Assembly (NCBI GenBank): GCA_035461525.1
Contig: DATHVD010000046.1
Location: 14,636 to 78,635 of the forward strand
Reading direction: 5' to 3'
DNA length: 64,000 nt
DNA from: Gaiellaceae bacterium
Lineage (GTDB): Bacteria > Actinomycetota > Thermoleophilia > Gaiellales > Gaiellaceae
Shown piece by piece: positions 56,353 to 64,000 of this stretch. Every line of letters begins with the position of its first letter. Positions within the stretch are counted from its first letter, which is position 1. Below the pieces are notes generated by a model. It was not told where the DNA came from. It worked only from the letters and a program-made list of their open reading frames with translations, and ran no database searches. The translations under genes were made by a program, and so were the position numbers.

Positions 56353-57150
56353 GTGACCGTCCTCGTCTCAGACATCATGCGACGCGGGCTCGTCACGTGC
56401 CCACCCGAGACGACGCTCGGCGAGGCCGCGGCCCTGCTCGTGCGCGAGCGCGTGCACGCGGTCGTCGTCGCGGACGTCGCCGGCGCGCCCGCCGGGGTCC
56501 TCGCCGACAGCGACCTCCTCGCCGGCGAGTGGCTCGCAGGCGACGAGGTCAGCCTCGACGCGATGCGCCGGCTGACAGCCGGCGAGCTCATGTCCGCGCC
56601 CCTGACCAAGATCGACGCGGCGGCAGGCGCCGCGGAGGCGGCCGAGCGCATGCTCGCGGAGCGGGTCAGCCGCCTCGTCGTCGTCGAGGACGGCGCGCCG
56701 GCGGGGATGATCGCGGTCTCCGACCTGGTCGCGAGCGCAGCCGGGCAGCCCGGCGGGCGCGGCACGGTCGAGGACGTGATGAGCCGCGGGTTCGTGGCCT
56801 GCCGGCCGGAGACGCCGGCCGCCGGGCTCGCCCGGGCGATGACGGAGCGGCGCTCCCGCTCGGTGGTCGTGCTGGATGTTGGCGGGACCGCGGTCGGGGT
56901 CGTCACCGGGCGCGACCTCCTGCCGCTCGCTGCCGCCGAAGACCTGGACGGGAAGACCGCCGGCGACCTCATGCACCCGCCCCTCGCGATCGGCCCTGAC
57001 GCGACCTTGCGCGAGGCCGCCGACCGGCTCGTGCGCGAAGAGGTGCACCGTCTCGTCGTCGCCGATCCCGACGGCGGCGTCCCGCTGGGGATCGTCTCCA
57101 CCTGGGATGTCCTCGCCGAGATGGCCGGCCCCGGCTCGCCCTGGCGCTGA
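56353..57150 (+). CDS. CBS-domain protein (four CBS repeats, two Bateman modules)
   Basis: 265 aa. Four repeats of the pattern V.D.M......V........A...M.......L.VV....G...G.... are present. Confidence 0.8.
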   Translation: MTVLVSDIMRRGLVTCPPETTLGEAAALLVRERVHAVVVADVAGAPAGVLADSDLLAGEWLAGDEVSLDAMRRLTAGELMSAPLTKIDAAAGAAEAAERMLAERVSRLVVVEDGAPAGMIAVSDLVASAAGQPGGRGTVEDVMSRGFVACRPETPAAGLARAMTERRSRSVVVLDVGGTAVGVVTGRDLLPLAAAEDLDGKTAGDLMHPPLAIGPDATLREAADRLVREEVHRLVVADPDGGVPLGIVSTWDVLAEMAGPGSPWR

Positions 57151-57229
57151 GCGGCACCATGCCGGGGAGCCGACGCGAAGAGGACCAAGCCGTTCGCGGA
57201 CGTCTGATCCGCGAAGAAGCAGCCCAGCC

Positions 57230-58155
57230 ATGAAGGCCTTCACTCTCGACGGCTTCGAGACCCAGCTGGCGCTGCGCGAGGACCTGCCGGGAGCCGAGCC
57301 CGGGCGCGAACGAGGTGGTCGTGCGCGTGCGCGCCTCCTCCGTGAACCCCGTCGACGTCTTCGTCGCCATGGGCGCCCTGAAGGAGATGGTCGAGCACGA
57401 GCTCCCTGTCGTTCTCGGGCGCGACTTCGCCGGCGTCGTCGAGAAGGCCGGCGAGGACGCCGGCCGCTACGTGGCCGGAGACGAGCTCTTCGGCTTCGTC
57501 CCCCCACGCGCAACCCCACCGTAAGGACGGAAGCTGGGCTCGACCTGATCGTCCCTCCGGAGGACGACTTCTCCGCCGCCAAGCCCGAGGGCGTGGGCGC
57601 CGAGGCCGCGGGCGCCGCACCCCTCGCGGGGTTGACCGCCGTGGCCGCGTTCGACGCGCTCGCGCCCGCGGAGGGCGAGGACGTGCTCGTCGTCGGCGCG
57701 ACCGGCCGCGTCGGGAGCTTGTTCGTGCAGCTGGCCGCGTCGGTCGGCGCGAACGTGATCGCGCCGGCGCTCCCCGAGGGCGAGGACTACCTGCGCGACC
57801 TGGGCGTCGGCGGATCCTCGACCGCGACGCGGACGTCGCCGCCGCGGTGCGCGAGGCTCGTCTCGCCGGCGTCGCCGCCATCCTCGACCTCGTCTCACAG
57901 GCGCCCGATGCCTCGCTCCTCGCGGAGGGAGGCCGCCTGGCCTCACCGCTCGGGGCCGCCGGGCGAGGGTGCCGGACGGTTCAACCTCATGGCCGTGCCT
58001 CCCCGGCGAACCTCGAGCGGCTCGGCGGGCTCCTGGCGGCGGGGACGCTCCGCGTCCCGATCCAGCGCAGCTACCTGCTCGAGCGGGCCGGCGAGGCGCT
58101 CGAGGCCCTCCCGACCACCCACACCCGGGGAAAGCTCGGCGTCACGATCGCCTGA
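57230..58155 (+). pseudogene. NADPH:quinone oxidoreductase (MDR family) pseudogene with multiple frameshifts
   Basis: Recognisable segments lie in three frames. These are MKAFTLDGF..LALREDLP..EPG; EVVVRVRASSVNPVDVF...LPVVLGRDFAGVVEKAGE...GDELFGFVP followed by TAA at 57522; KPEGV..EAAGAAPLAGLTA...L.....GEDVLVVGATGRVGSLFVQLA...GANVIA; and ILDRDADVAAAVRE....VAAILDLV...GTLRVPIQRSY.LE.AGEAL......RGKLGVTI. Confidence 0.75.
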
Positions 58156-58183
58156 CCGCGAGGCGCCGAAGTCCTCCCGGCGG

Positions 58184-58924
58184 CTAGACCTCCTCGGGGA
58201 GCTCGTACCAGCGCACGCGCTCGCCGACGCGCGCCCGCAGCTTCCAGCCGCGCGACTTCGGCTCCTCCTCGATTCGGGTCAGGAGGTGGTCGGCCCGCTC
58301 GGCGACGCGCGCGTGCACAACGTCCTCGAGGTCGTAGCCGCCCGCACGGTCGCGGCACTCGGCCACGTTGGCGGTGAACGTGCGCCAGAGCCCCCAGTCG
58401 GCGGCGCAGAGCTCGGCGACGCGGGCCATCGAGATCGTCTCACCGTCCGCCTCGGCGATGTCGTGGCCCTGCAGGAGGGCGAGCACGTCCTGGACGTCCT
58501 TCTCGTTCAGCTCGACGATCTGGAGCTTCGTGAGCAGGAGCTCCGCCAGCGGGAGCGTGAGCGGCTCCAGCTCGATCCGGTCGAGCGGAACCTTGTGGCA
58601 CATGCTGAACTCCCCGACGAAGACGTCGAGCTTACGGGCGTTGGCCGCGTCGAGGTAGATGAGGCGCCGCTGGCCGTGGAGCGTGTTGAAGGCCTCGTCC
58701 GGCGCGTAGCCCGCGTCCTCGAGCAGGCTCCGCACCTCCCGCGAGCTGCCGCGCGCGGCCGCGAAGTCGAGGTCGCCGAAGGCGCGCATGAGAGGCGCGG
58801 GCACCTCGGGCGTCCGCAGGCTGACGGCGACGCCGCCGAGCGCTCGCAGCGGCACGCCGGCCTCCTCCGCCGCCCCGAGCAGGCGCTGAGCCTCGGCGAC
58901 GATGTCGCTCGCGATCGCGGACAC
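58184..58924 (-). CDS. putative nucleotidyltransferase-fold protein (uncharacterised family)
   Basis: LGGVAVSLR....P....FGDLDFAA resembles a minimal NTase G-[GS]...D.D motif. The start is set at GTG 58924 because the longest ORF (to 59047) would overlap the divergent gene by 75 nt. Confidence 0.35.
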   Translation of the reverse strand: MSAIASDIVAEAQRLLGAAEEAGVPLRALGGVAVSLRTPEVPAPLMRAFGDLDFAAARGSSREVRSLLEDAGYAPDEAFNTLHGQRRLIYLDAANARKLDVFVGEFSMCHKVPLDRIELEPLTLPLAELLLTKLQIVELNEKDVQDVLALLQGHDIAEADGETISMARVAELCAADWGLWRTFTANVAECRDRAGGYDLEDVVHARVAERADHLLTRIEEEPKSRGWKLRARVGERVRWYELPEEV

Positions 58925-58972
58925 CCGCGTGACGATACTGGCCCGGGGCTCATGGGCATCTAGGGTTCGCGC

Positions 58973-59395
58973 ATGATCGCCGAGCTGGACCGCGCCGAGA
59001 TCGACGAGCTCCTGCACGCCCAGGTCGTCGGCCGGATCGGTTGCCACGCCGACGGGCTCACGTACGTCGTGCCGGTCATCTACGCGTACGACGGCGAGGG
59101 CCTCTACGCGTACTCTCTCGAGGGCACGAAGATCCGGATGATGCGCGCCAACCCGCGCGTGTGCTTCGAGGTGGACGAGTACGAGCCGAGCGGAAGCTGG
59201 CGGAGCGCGATCGTCCAGGGCACCTACGAGGAGCTCGGCGGCGAGGGCGCGCGGCGCGCGCTCGCGCTCCTCACGGACAGGTTCGCCGGGCGCGCGGCGA
59301 CAAGCGAGGGCGAGCGGCGCCGGCGCGGGAACGGGACGCCCGTCGCGTTCCGGATCAGCGTGGACGAGGTCACCGGGCGCTCGGTTCGGCGCTGA
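58973..59395 (+). CDS. pyridoxamine 5'-phosphate oxidase-like (flavin/F420-binding split-barrel) protein
   Basis: 140 aa. The pattern L....VGR.G......PYV.P..Y......LY.HS..G.K...........VCFEVD is typical of the Pyridox_ox_2 family. Confidence 0.7.
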   Translation: MIAELDRAEIDELLHAQVVGRIGCHADGLTYVVPVIYAYDGEGLYAYSLEGTKIRMMRANPRVCFEVDEYEPSGSWRSAIVQGTYEELGGEGARRALALLTDRFAGRAATSEGERRRRGNGTPVAFRISVDEVTGRSVRR

Positions 59396-59398
59396 CGC

Positions 59399-60583
59399 TC
59401 ACCAGCGCAGGAGCGCGGCGACGCCGTCGGTCTCTGCGAGCGCCTCGGCCGCCTCGCCCTCGAGCGGGGTGACCGCCGCGTCGGTCGCCAGGGCCGCCTC
59501 GACCATGCGCTCGGCGAGGTTCGGCTCCGGCTCCAGGCTCTCCGCGTCGACGCCCGGGGGCACGACCCCCTCCGGCGCGAGCAGCCCGTCCGGGCTGCGG
59601 ACGCCGGCGAGCTCGCGCTCCGGGTCGTAGAGCAGGTGCGAGACGCGGCCCTCGGCGAGCGCCGTGAGGACGTCGGCGACGCCGACCGCGCCGTGCCCGC
59701 CCGCGAGCGCGGAGTCCCGCGCGCGCTCGACGAGCTCCCGCTCGCGCCGCCGCGTCGCCGCCTCGAGCTCGGGCGCCAGCTCGGCCGCGAGCTCCGTTGG
59801 CGCGAGGTCCTCGAGCGTTCGCCCGACGAGCACGACGTCGCCGTTGGCCATCTGGACGTGCTCGGTCACGATCTTGCCCAGGTGGGGGTCGCCGGCGACG
59901 ACGAGGCGGTCCCACCCGTGTTCGGCGACGAGCTGACCCAGGCGCGTTCCCGCGGACTCGAGCAGCCTGACGCGGTGCTCCTCGAGCCGCCGCTCGAACC
60001 GGTCCCGCTGGGGGGCGGACTGCTGTCCGCGTGCGGGGTTGGCCGCGGCAGGCCCCTTCATCTCGCGCCACTCGGACGTGTCCGGGTCGACCGAGAGCGT
60101 GAGCAGCTCGGACGTCACGCCGAGCCGGTGGTCGAGCACCCGCACGGTCGGAAGCGAGACCGCGACGAAGCCCGCCGGGCGCCCCTCGTCGAGGGCCGCC
60201 GCCAGGGGCGCGATGAAGGCCGTCTCGTCGAGGACGACGCGGGTGACGAGCGGCACCTGGAGGGCGATCTGGCGGACCTCGTCCGAGCCGACGGCCGCGA
60301 AGAGCGCGCGCCCGCGGCCGTGCGAAGCGGGGTCGACGAGATCTGCGAGGGCGGGTTGGAGCTCGCCCAGCCGGCGCTCGAGGGCCGTCCACCGCTCCCG
60401 GGGCCCCTGCTCCCTCATGCGCTCGCGCACCTCGCGCAGGCCGTTCTCGACGGCGATCGCCCAGGGCCTGCGCTGCGCGTTCTTCGCGTGCGGGTCGGCG
60501 TCGACGTAGACCGACAGAAAGCCGAGCGGGTCGCGCAGCCGGGCGAGCGAGAGGAGGTCGACCTGCGGCGCGCTCGAAGGCAT
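59399..60583 (-). CDS. bacterial eRF1-like (baeRF/Vms1-type) protein, putative peptidyl-tRNA hydrolase
   Basis: 394 aa. The central loop KGPAAANPARGQQSAPQRDRFERR aligns by eye with eRF1 KKHGRGGQSALRFARLR. The C-terminal GGHGAVGVADVLTALAEGRVSHLL resembles eRF1/Pelota domain 3. Confidence 0.55.
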   Translation of the reverse strand: MPSSAPQVDLLSLARLRDPLGFLSVYVDADPHAKNAQRRPWAIAVENGLREVRERMREQGPRERWTALERRLGELQPALADLVDPASHGRGRALFAAVGSDEVRQIALQVPLVTRVVLDETAFIAPLAAALDEGRPAGFVAVSLPTVRVLDHRLGVTSELLTLSVDPDTSEWREMKGPAAANPARGQQSAPQRDRFERRLEEHRVRLLESAGTRLGQLVAEHGWDRLVVAGDPHLGKIVTEHVQMANGDVVLVGRTLEDLAPTELAAELAPELEAATRRRERELVERARDSALAGGHGAVGVADVLTALAEGRVSHLLYDPERELAGVRSPDGLLAPEGVVPPGVDAESLEPEPNLAERMVEAALATDAAVTPLEGEAAEALAETDGVAALLRW

Positions 60584-60614
60584 GCTCTCGAAGCCTACCC
60601 GTGCCGCCCGGCTT

Positions 60615-61577
60615 CTAGTTCCAGCGCATCCCGTCGAGCCGGGAGAGGTCTACGTTCCCGCCGGAGAGGAGGCACGCGACCCGCGTGCCCGCCGGAGCGT
60701 CGACGATGCCCTCGCGGATCGCGGCCACCGTGGCCGCCGCCGCTCCCTCGACCACGAGCTTGCAGCGCGCCATCGTCCAGGCGACGTTGGCGAAGATCGT
60801 CTCGTCGGGCACGATCACGATCTCGTCCACGAAGCGGGAGACGAGCTCGAAGGTGCGCTCGCCGGCGCGCTTGACGCGCAGGCCGTCGATGATCGTGTCG
60901 CAGCGGTCGAGGGTGACGAGCTCGCCGGCCTCGACGCTCCGCTTCATCGCGGGCCCGTCCGAGGACTCGACGCCGACCACGCGGACGCCGGGGCTCGCCT
61001 GCTTCAGGTACGTCGCCACTCCGGAGATCAGCCCGCCGCCGCCGATCGGGACGACGACGACCTCGACCTCGGGCCAGTCGTCGTGCAGCTCGACCCCGAC
61101 GGTGCCCTGGCCGGCGATCAGGTCGACGTCGTCGAACGGGTGCACGTACGTGAGGCCGTCGCGCTCGACCAGCTCGCGCGCCTTCGCGTCCGCCTCGTCC
61201 CAGATCGACCCGTGGAGCACGACCTCGGCGCCGTACCCGCGTGTCGCCTCGATCTTCGCGGGTGTCGCGTTCTCGGCCATGCAGACTGTCGCGCGCACGC
61301 CGAGCATCGCGGCCGCGAGGGCGACGCCCTGCGCATGGTTCCCCGCGGAGGAGCAGACGACCCCCCGGTCGCGCTCCTCCTGCGAGAGGCGCGAGAGCTT
61401 CACGAGCGGGCCGCGGATCTTGTAGGAGCCGGTGCGCTGGAGGCACTCGGCCTTGAGGCGGACGTCGAAGCCGGTCGCGGCGCTCAGCGTGCGGGAGCCG
61501 AGGAGGGGCGTCCTGTGGACGTGCGGCGCGACGAGCGGCATGGCGGCGCGCGAGTCGGGCAGGGTCGTGACGCTCAT
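60615..61577 (-). CDS. threonine ammonia-lyase/serine dehydratase (PLP fold type II, short form)
   Basis: 320 aa. The PLP-Lys motif is GSYKIRG. SAGNHAQG and the Gly-rich loop PIGGGGLISG are present. Confidence 0.85.
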   Translation of the reverse strand: MSVTTLPDSRAAMPLVAPHVHRTPLLGSRTLSAATGFDVRLKAECLQRTGSYKIRGPLVKLSRLSQEERDRGVVCSSAGNHAQGVALAAAMLGVRATVCMAENATPAKIEATRGYGAEVVLHGSIWDEADAKARELVERDGLTYVHPFDDVDLIAGQGTVGVELHDDWPEVEVVVVPIGGGGLISGVATYLKQASPGVRVVGVESSDGPAMKRSVEAGELVTLDRCDTIIDGLRVKRAGERTFELVSRFVDEIVIVPDETIFANVAWTMARCKLVVEGAAAATVAAIREGIVDAPAGTRVACLLSGGNVDLSRLDGMRWN

Positions 61578-61658
61578 GGCTCCTCCAGGTCGGTTGCAGG
61601 GAGCCTACGGCGTGGGCGCCGTTCGCGCGAGGGTGCGCCCCGCGCTAGTCTCCGCGCG

Positions 61659-62144
61659 ATGGCCGTCGACATGTTCCTGAGGATCGACGAGATTCCCGGC
61701 GGCAGCACGGACGCCCAGCACAAGGGCGAGATCGACGTGCTCGGCTACAGCTTCGGCGTCACCCAGACCGGCACGCTCGCGACGGGCGGCGCAGGGGCGG
61801 GCGCCGGCGCGGGCAAGCCGAGCTTCGCGGACCTCGTCGTCAGCTGTTCGACGAGCAAGGCCTCTCCGGAGCTCCTGGTCGCCTGCGCGTCCGGCCGGCA
61901 CCTGAAGTCGGCGGTGCTCACCTGCCGCCGAAGAGACCCCAAGCCGCACGAGTTCAGCCACATCGAGCTGGGCGACGTGATCATCACGAGCTACCAGTCG
62001 GCCGGGTCCGACGGCGAGGTCCCGGTCGACCAGATCTCCCTCGCCTACGGGATGATCCGGACGACGTACTCGGGAGTCAACAAGAGCGGGAAGCCGAAGC
62101 CGCCCGTGACGGGCGGCTGGGACCTGAGGAACACCAAGGCCTAG
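61659..62144 (+). CDS. hcp: Hcp1-family type VI secretion tube protein homolog (orphan)
   Basis: 161 aa. MAVDMFLRIDEIPG.S.D..HKGEIDVL.YSFGV.Q.G......G.GAGK....DL.......KASPELL.AC.SG.H...A.LT.R, then ...GGWDLR. This is collinear with Pseudomonas Hcp1 as I recall it (MAVDMFIKIGDVKGES.D..H..EIDVL.WSWG). Confidence 0.8.
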   Translation: MAVDMFLRIDEIPGGSTDAQHKGEIDVLGYSFGVTQTGTLATGGAGAGAGAGKPSFADLVVSCSTSKASPELLVACASGRHLKSAVLTCRRRDPKPHEFSHIELGDVIITSYQSAGSDGEVPVDQISLAYGMIRTTYSGVNKSGKPKPPVTGGWDLRNTKA

Positions 62145-62148
62145 GTCG

Positions 62149-63183
62149 ATGGCCGGCGCCGTGCGCGTGCGCTTCGCGCCGAGCCCGACGGGGTCGCTGC
62201 ACCTCGGAGGCGCGCTGACGGCGGTGGCGAACCGGCGCTTCGCGGACAGCCACGGCGGGGCCCTCGTCCTGCGGATCGACGACACCGACGAAGCGCGTCG
62301 CGTGCCCAGGGCGGAGGAGGGCATCCTCGAGGATCTGCGCTGGCTCGGCATCGCGTGGGACGAGGGGCCCGTGCGCCAGAGCGAGCGGGCGGAGCGCCAC
62401 CGGGAGGCGGCGCGGGAGATCGGCGAGGTGGACGACGAGGGGGCGCTGCGCTTCCGCGGCGTCACGCTTCTCCGCGCCGACGGGCGGCCGACGTACCACC
62501 TGGCCTCGGTGGTGGACGACCTCGACCTCGGGATCACGCACGTGATCCGCGGGAAGGACCTCCTGCCGGCGACGGCGGTGCAAGAGGAGATCGCCCGCGC
62601 GCTGGGCGTCGAGCCGCCCGCGTACGTCCACCACGGTCTCCTCGTCGGCGAGGACGGGCGCAAGCTCGGAAAGCGCGTGCGCTCGGCTTCGGTCGCCGGC
62701 CTGCGCGAGCTGGGGATCCCGCCGGAGGCCGCGCGCGCCTACCTGGAGGAGCTCGACCTGCCGCGGGGCGACGTCCGCCTCGACGAGTCCCGGCTGCGCC
62801 GGCTCGCGGTGGAGGCGCTCGGCCGGCTCTCCGACGAGGAGCTCGCCGCGAGGGCCGGCGCCCCCGCCCGCTTCGGCCCGGCTCTCCGCGGCGCCCGCGA
62901 CCTCGCCGAGGCGCGCGCGACCGCCGCGAGCCTCGCAGAGCCGCCGGCCCCGGCACCGGCGCGCTCCCCGGAGACCTTGGAGCGCTTTCGCGAGCTCCGC
63001 GAGGCAGCGCCGGAGGAGCTGACGAAGGAGGAGGCGAAGACGATCGTTCGCGAGCTGAAGGCCGTCGGCGGCGACCTTCGCGCCCTCCGCATCGTCCTCA
63101 CGGGCGCCGAGCGGGGCCCGGAGCTCTGGGCAGTGCTCGTCGCGCTTCCGTCGGCGGAAGCGCTTCGGCGCGTCAGCGGCTGA
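62149..63183 (+). CDS. shortened glutamate--tRNA ligase family protein (GluRS/GluQ-RS-like)
   Basis: 344 aa. Contains RFAPSPTGSLHLGG (HIGH), R.DDTD, PTYHLASVVDD and a KLGKR (KMSKS-like) motif. The C-terminal LR..LTG...GPELW.VL..L motif of GluRS is present. It is about 130 aa shorter than canonical GluRS. Confidence 0.7.
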   Translation: MAGAVRVRFAPSPTGSLHLGGALTAVANRRFADSHGGALVLRIDDTDEARRVPRAEEGILEDLRWLGIAWDEGPVRQSERAERHREAAREIGEVDDEGALRFRGVTLLRADGRPTYHLASVVDDLDLGITHVIRGKDLLPATAVQEEIARALGVEPPAYVHHGLLVGEDGRKLGKRVRSASVAGLRELGIPPEAARAYLEELDLPRGDVRLDESRLRRLAVEALGRLSDEELAARAGAPARFGPALRGARDLAEARATAASLAEPPAPAPARSPETLERFRELREAAPEELTKEEAKTIVRELKAVGGDLRALRIVLTGAERGPELWAVLVALPSAEALRRVSG

Positions 63184-64000
63184 GCTCGGGCTGGAGCTCC
63201 CGTAGTGTTGCCAGGAACGCGTGCACGGCTCCGCCCGGCGCGCCGCGGTCACGACGGCGGATCGCCACGATCTGGCGTCGCACCGGCTCGGCGTCCTCCA
63301 CGTCGACCTCGACCAGCAGGCCGGCCTCGAGCTCCTCGGCGACGGCGGTGTGGGGGAGGAGCGCGACGCCGAACCCCTCCTGCACCATCTTCTTCGCCGC
63401 GTCGATGTTGTCGAGCTCCATCACGCCGGTGGGCTGGACGCCGGCGCCGCGGAAGAGGGCGTTGGTCAGCTCGGTGTAGCTCGACGTGCGGTCGAAGAGG
63501 ACGAGCTGCTCGGGGCCGATCTCCTCGAGGCGGATGCTCCGACGCGAGGCGAAACGGTGCCGCGGCTCGGCGACGAGGATGAGCCGGTCCTCGTAGAGCG
63601 GCGTGATCGAGATGTCCGGGTGCCGGAGCTCGCGCACGAGCCCGAGCTCCACCTGCTCGCGGAGGACGAGGTCGAGCACCTCCTCCGAGTGGCCCGTCTT
63701 CACGCTCACGCTCACGCGCGGGTGGCCGACCGCGAAGCGCTTGAGGATGGTCGGGAGCACGTAGGTCGAGACGGCCGGCGCCGCTCCCAGGGCCAGGCGC
63801 CCGGCACCGCCGCGCTCGAAGGCGTTCACGATCCTCCGCCCATCGTGGACGCTGTCGAGTGCCTTCACCGCATGCGGGAGGAAGACCTCGCCGGCCTCCG
63901 TGAGGCGCATCCCGCGCGGCGTGCGCACGAAGAGCTGGGCACCGAGGTCGGCCTCGAGCCTCTGGATCCGGGCAGTCAGCGCCGGCTGCGTGACGAAGAG
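63173..64000 (-). CDS. LysR family transcriptional regulator (5' end beyond the window)
   Basis: The minus strand at the window edge reads FVTQPALTARIQRLEADLGAQLFVRTPRGMRLTEAG (LysR HTH). A LysR substrate-binding domain follows. The gene is partial. Confidence 0.8.
   Translation of the reverse strand, partial: LFVTQPALTARIQRLEADLGAQLFVRTPRGMRLTEAGEVFLPHAVKALDSVHDGRRIVNAFERGGAGRLALGAAPAVSTYVLPTILKRFAVGHPRVSVSVKTGHSEEVLDLVLREQVELGLVRELRHPDISITPLYEDRLILVAEPRHRFASRRSIRLEEIGPEQLVLFDRTSSYTELTNALFRGAGVQPTGVMELDNIDAAKKMVQEGFGVALLPHTAVAEELEAGLLVEVDVEDAEPVRRQIVAIRRRDRGAPGGAVHAFLATLRELQPELSR

Noticed and set aside
58925-59047. Longer N-terminus (MATDPADDLGVQ...) for the nucleotidyltransferase-like gene.
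   Set aside because: It would overlap the divergent PNPOx-like gene start (58973) by 75 nt. A GTG at 58924 gives a compact alternative, but the true start remains uncertain.
61578-63183. Possibility that hcp marks a T6SS or phage-tail/eCIS cluster.
   Set aside because: No sheath, baseplate, spike, PAAR, ClpV or tape-measure-like genes appear in the 20 kb on either side within the window. It is reported only as an orphan hcp.
1-64000. Searched for tRNA, rRNA, tmRNA, RNase P and CRISPR arrays in the few non-coding gaps (1903-1986, 8679-8798, 19693-19782, 23271-23578, 26916-27229, 30804-30987, 33410-33541, 57151-57229).
   Set aside because: No cloverleaf-compatible segments, no regularly spaced direct repeats and no conserved RNA boxes were recognised. 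The gaps are short and best explained as promoters or leaders.

Overview
Very high-GC (about 70%+) chromosomal segment, most likely from a monoderm actinobacterium. It is densely coding, uses many GTG/TTG starts, and has many 1-4 nt start/stop overlaps. No tRNA, rRNA, CRISPR array, transposase or integrase was recognised. Four blocks stand out. (1) A conserved housekeeping backbone: coaX, dus, greA, lysS, clpC, radA-disA, carD-ispD-(PHP)-ispF, and NfeD/SPFH. (2) A roughly 15 kb Wzx/Wzy-type polysaccharide locus at 10.7-25.6 kb, lying between lysS and clpC. It encodes five GT2/GT-B transferases, a flippase, a Wzz/BY-kinase, two Wzy-like proteins, a clan GH-A hydrolase and a priming phosphoglycosyl transferase. 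Two paralogous mini-proteins carrying an LPFTG sorting signal bracket the priming transferase. (3) A roughly 14 kb minus-strand, translationally coupled catabolic gene string at 42.3-56.3 kb: hydantoinase, LLM oxidoreductase, ADH, DmpA peptidase, permease, class III aminotransferase, M20 amidohydrolase and CN-hydrolase, with LacI and GntR regulators. (4) Several oddities: a 1179-aa cytoplasmic fusion of adenylyl cyclase, STAND ATPase, TPR and a family-5 solute-binding domain; an orphan T6SS-type Hcp gene 4 nt upstream of a minimal GluRS-like gene; a bacterial eRF1-like protein with GQQ in place of GGQ; and three indel-disrupted genes (an HD-GYP remnant, a quinone-oxidoreductase pseudogene and a CAP-domain gene). 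All family assignments come from reading motifs by eye. No database search was run.
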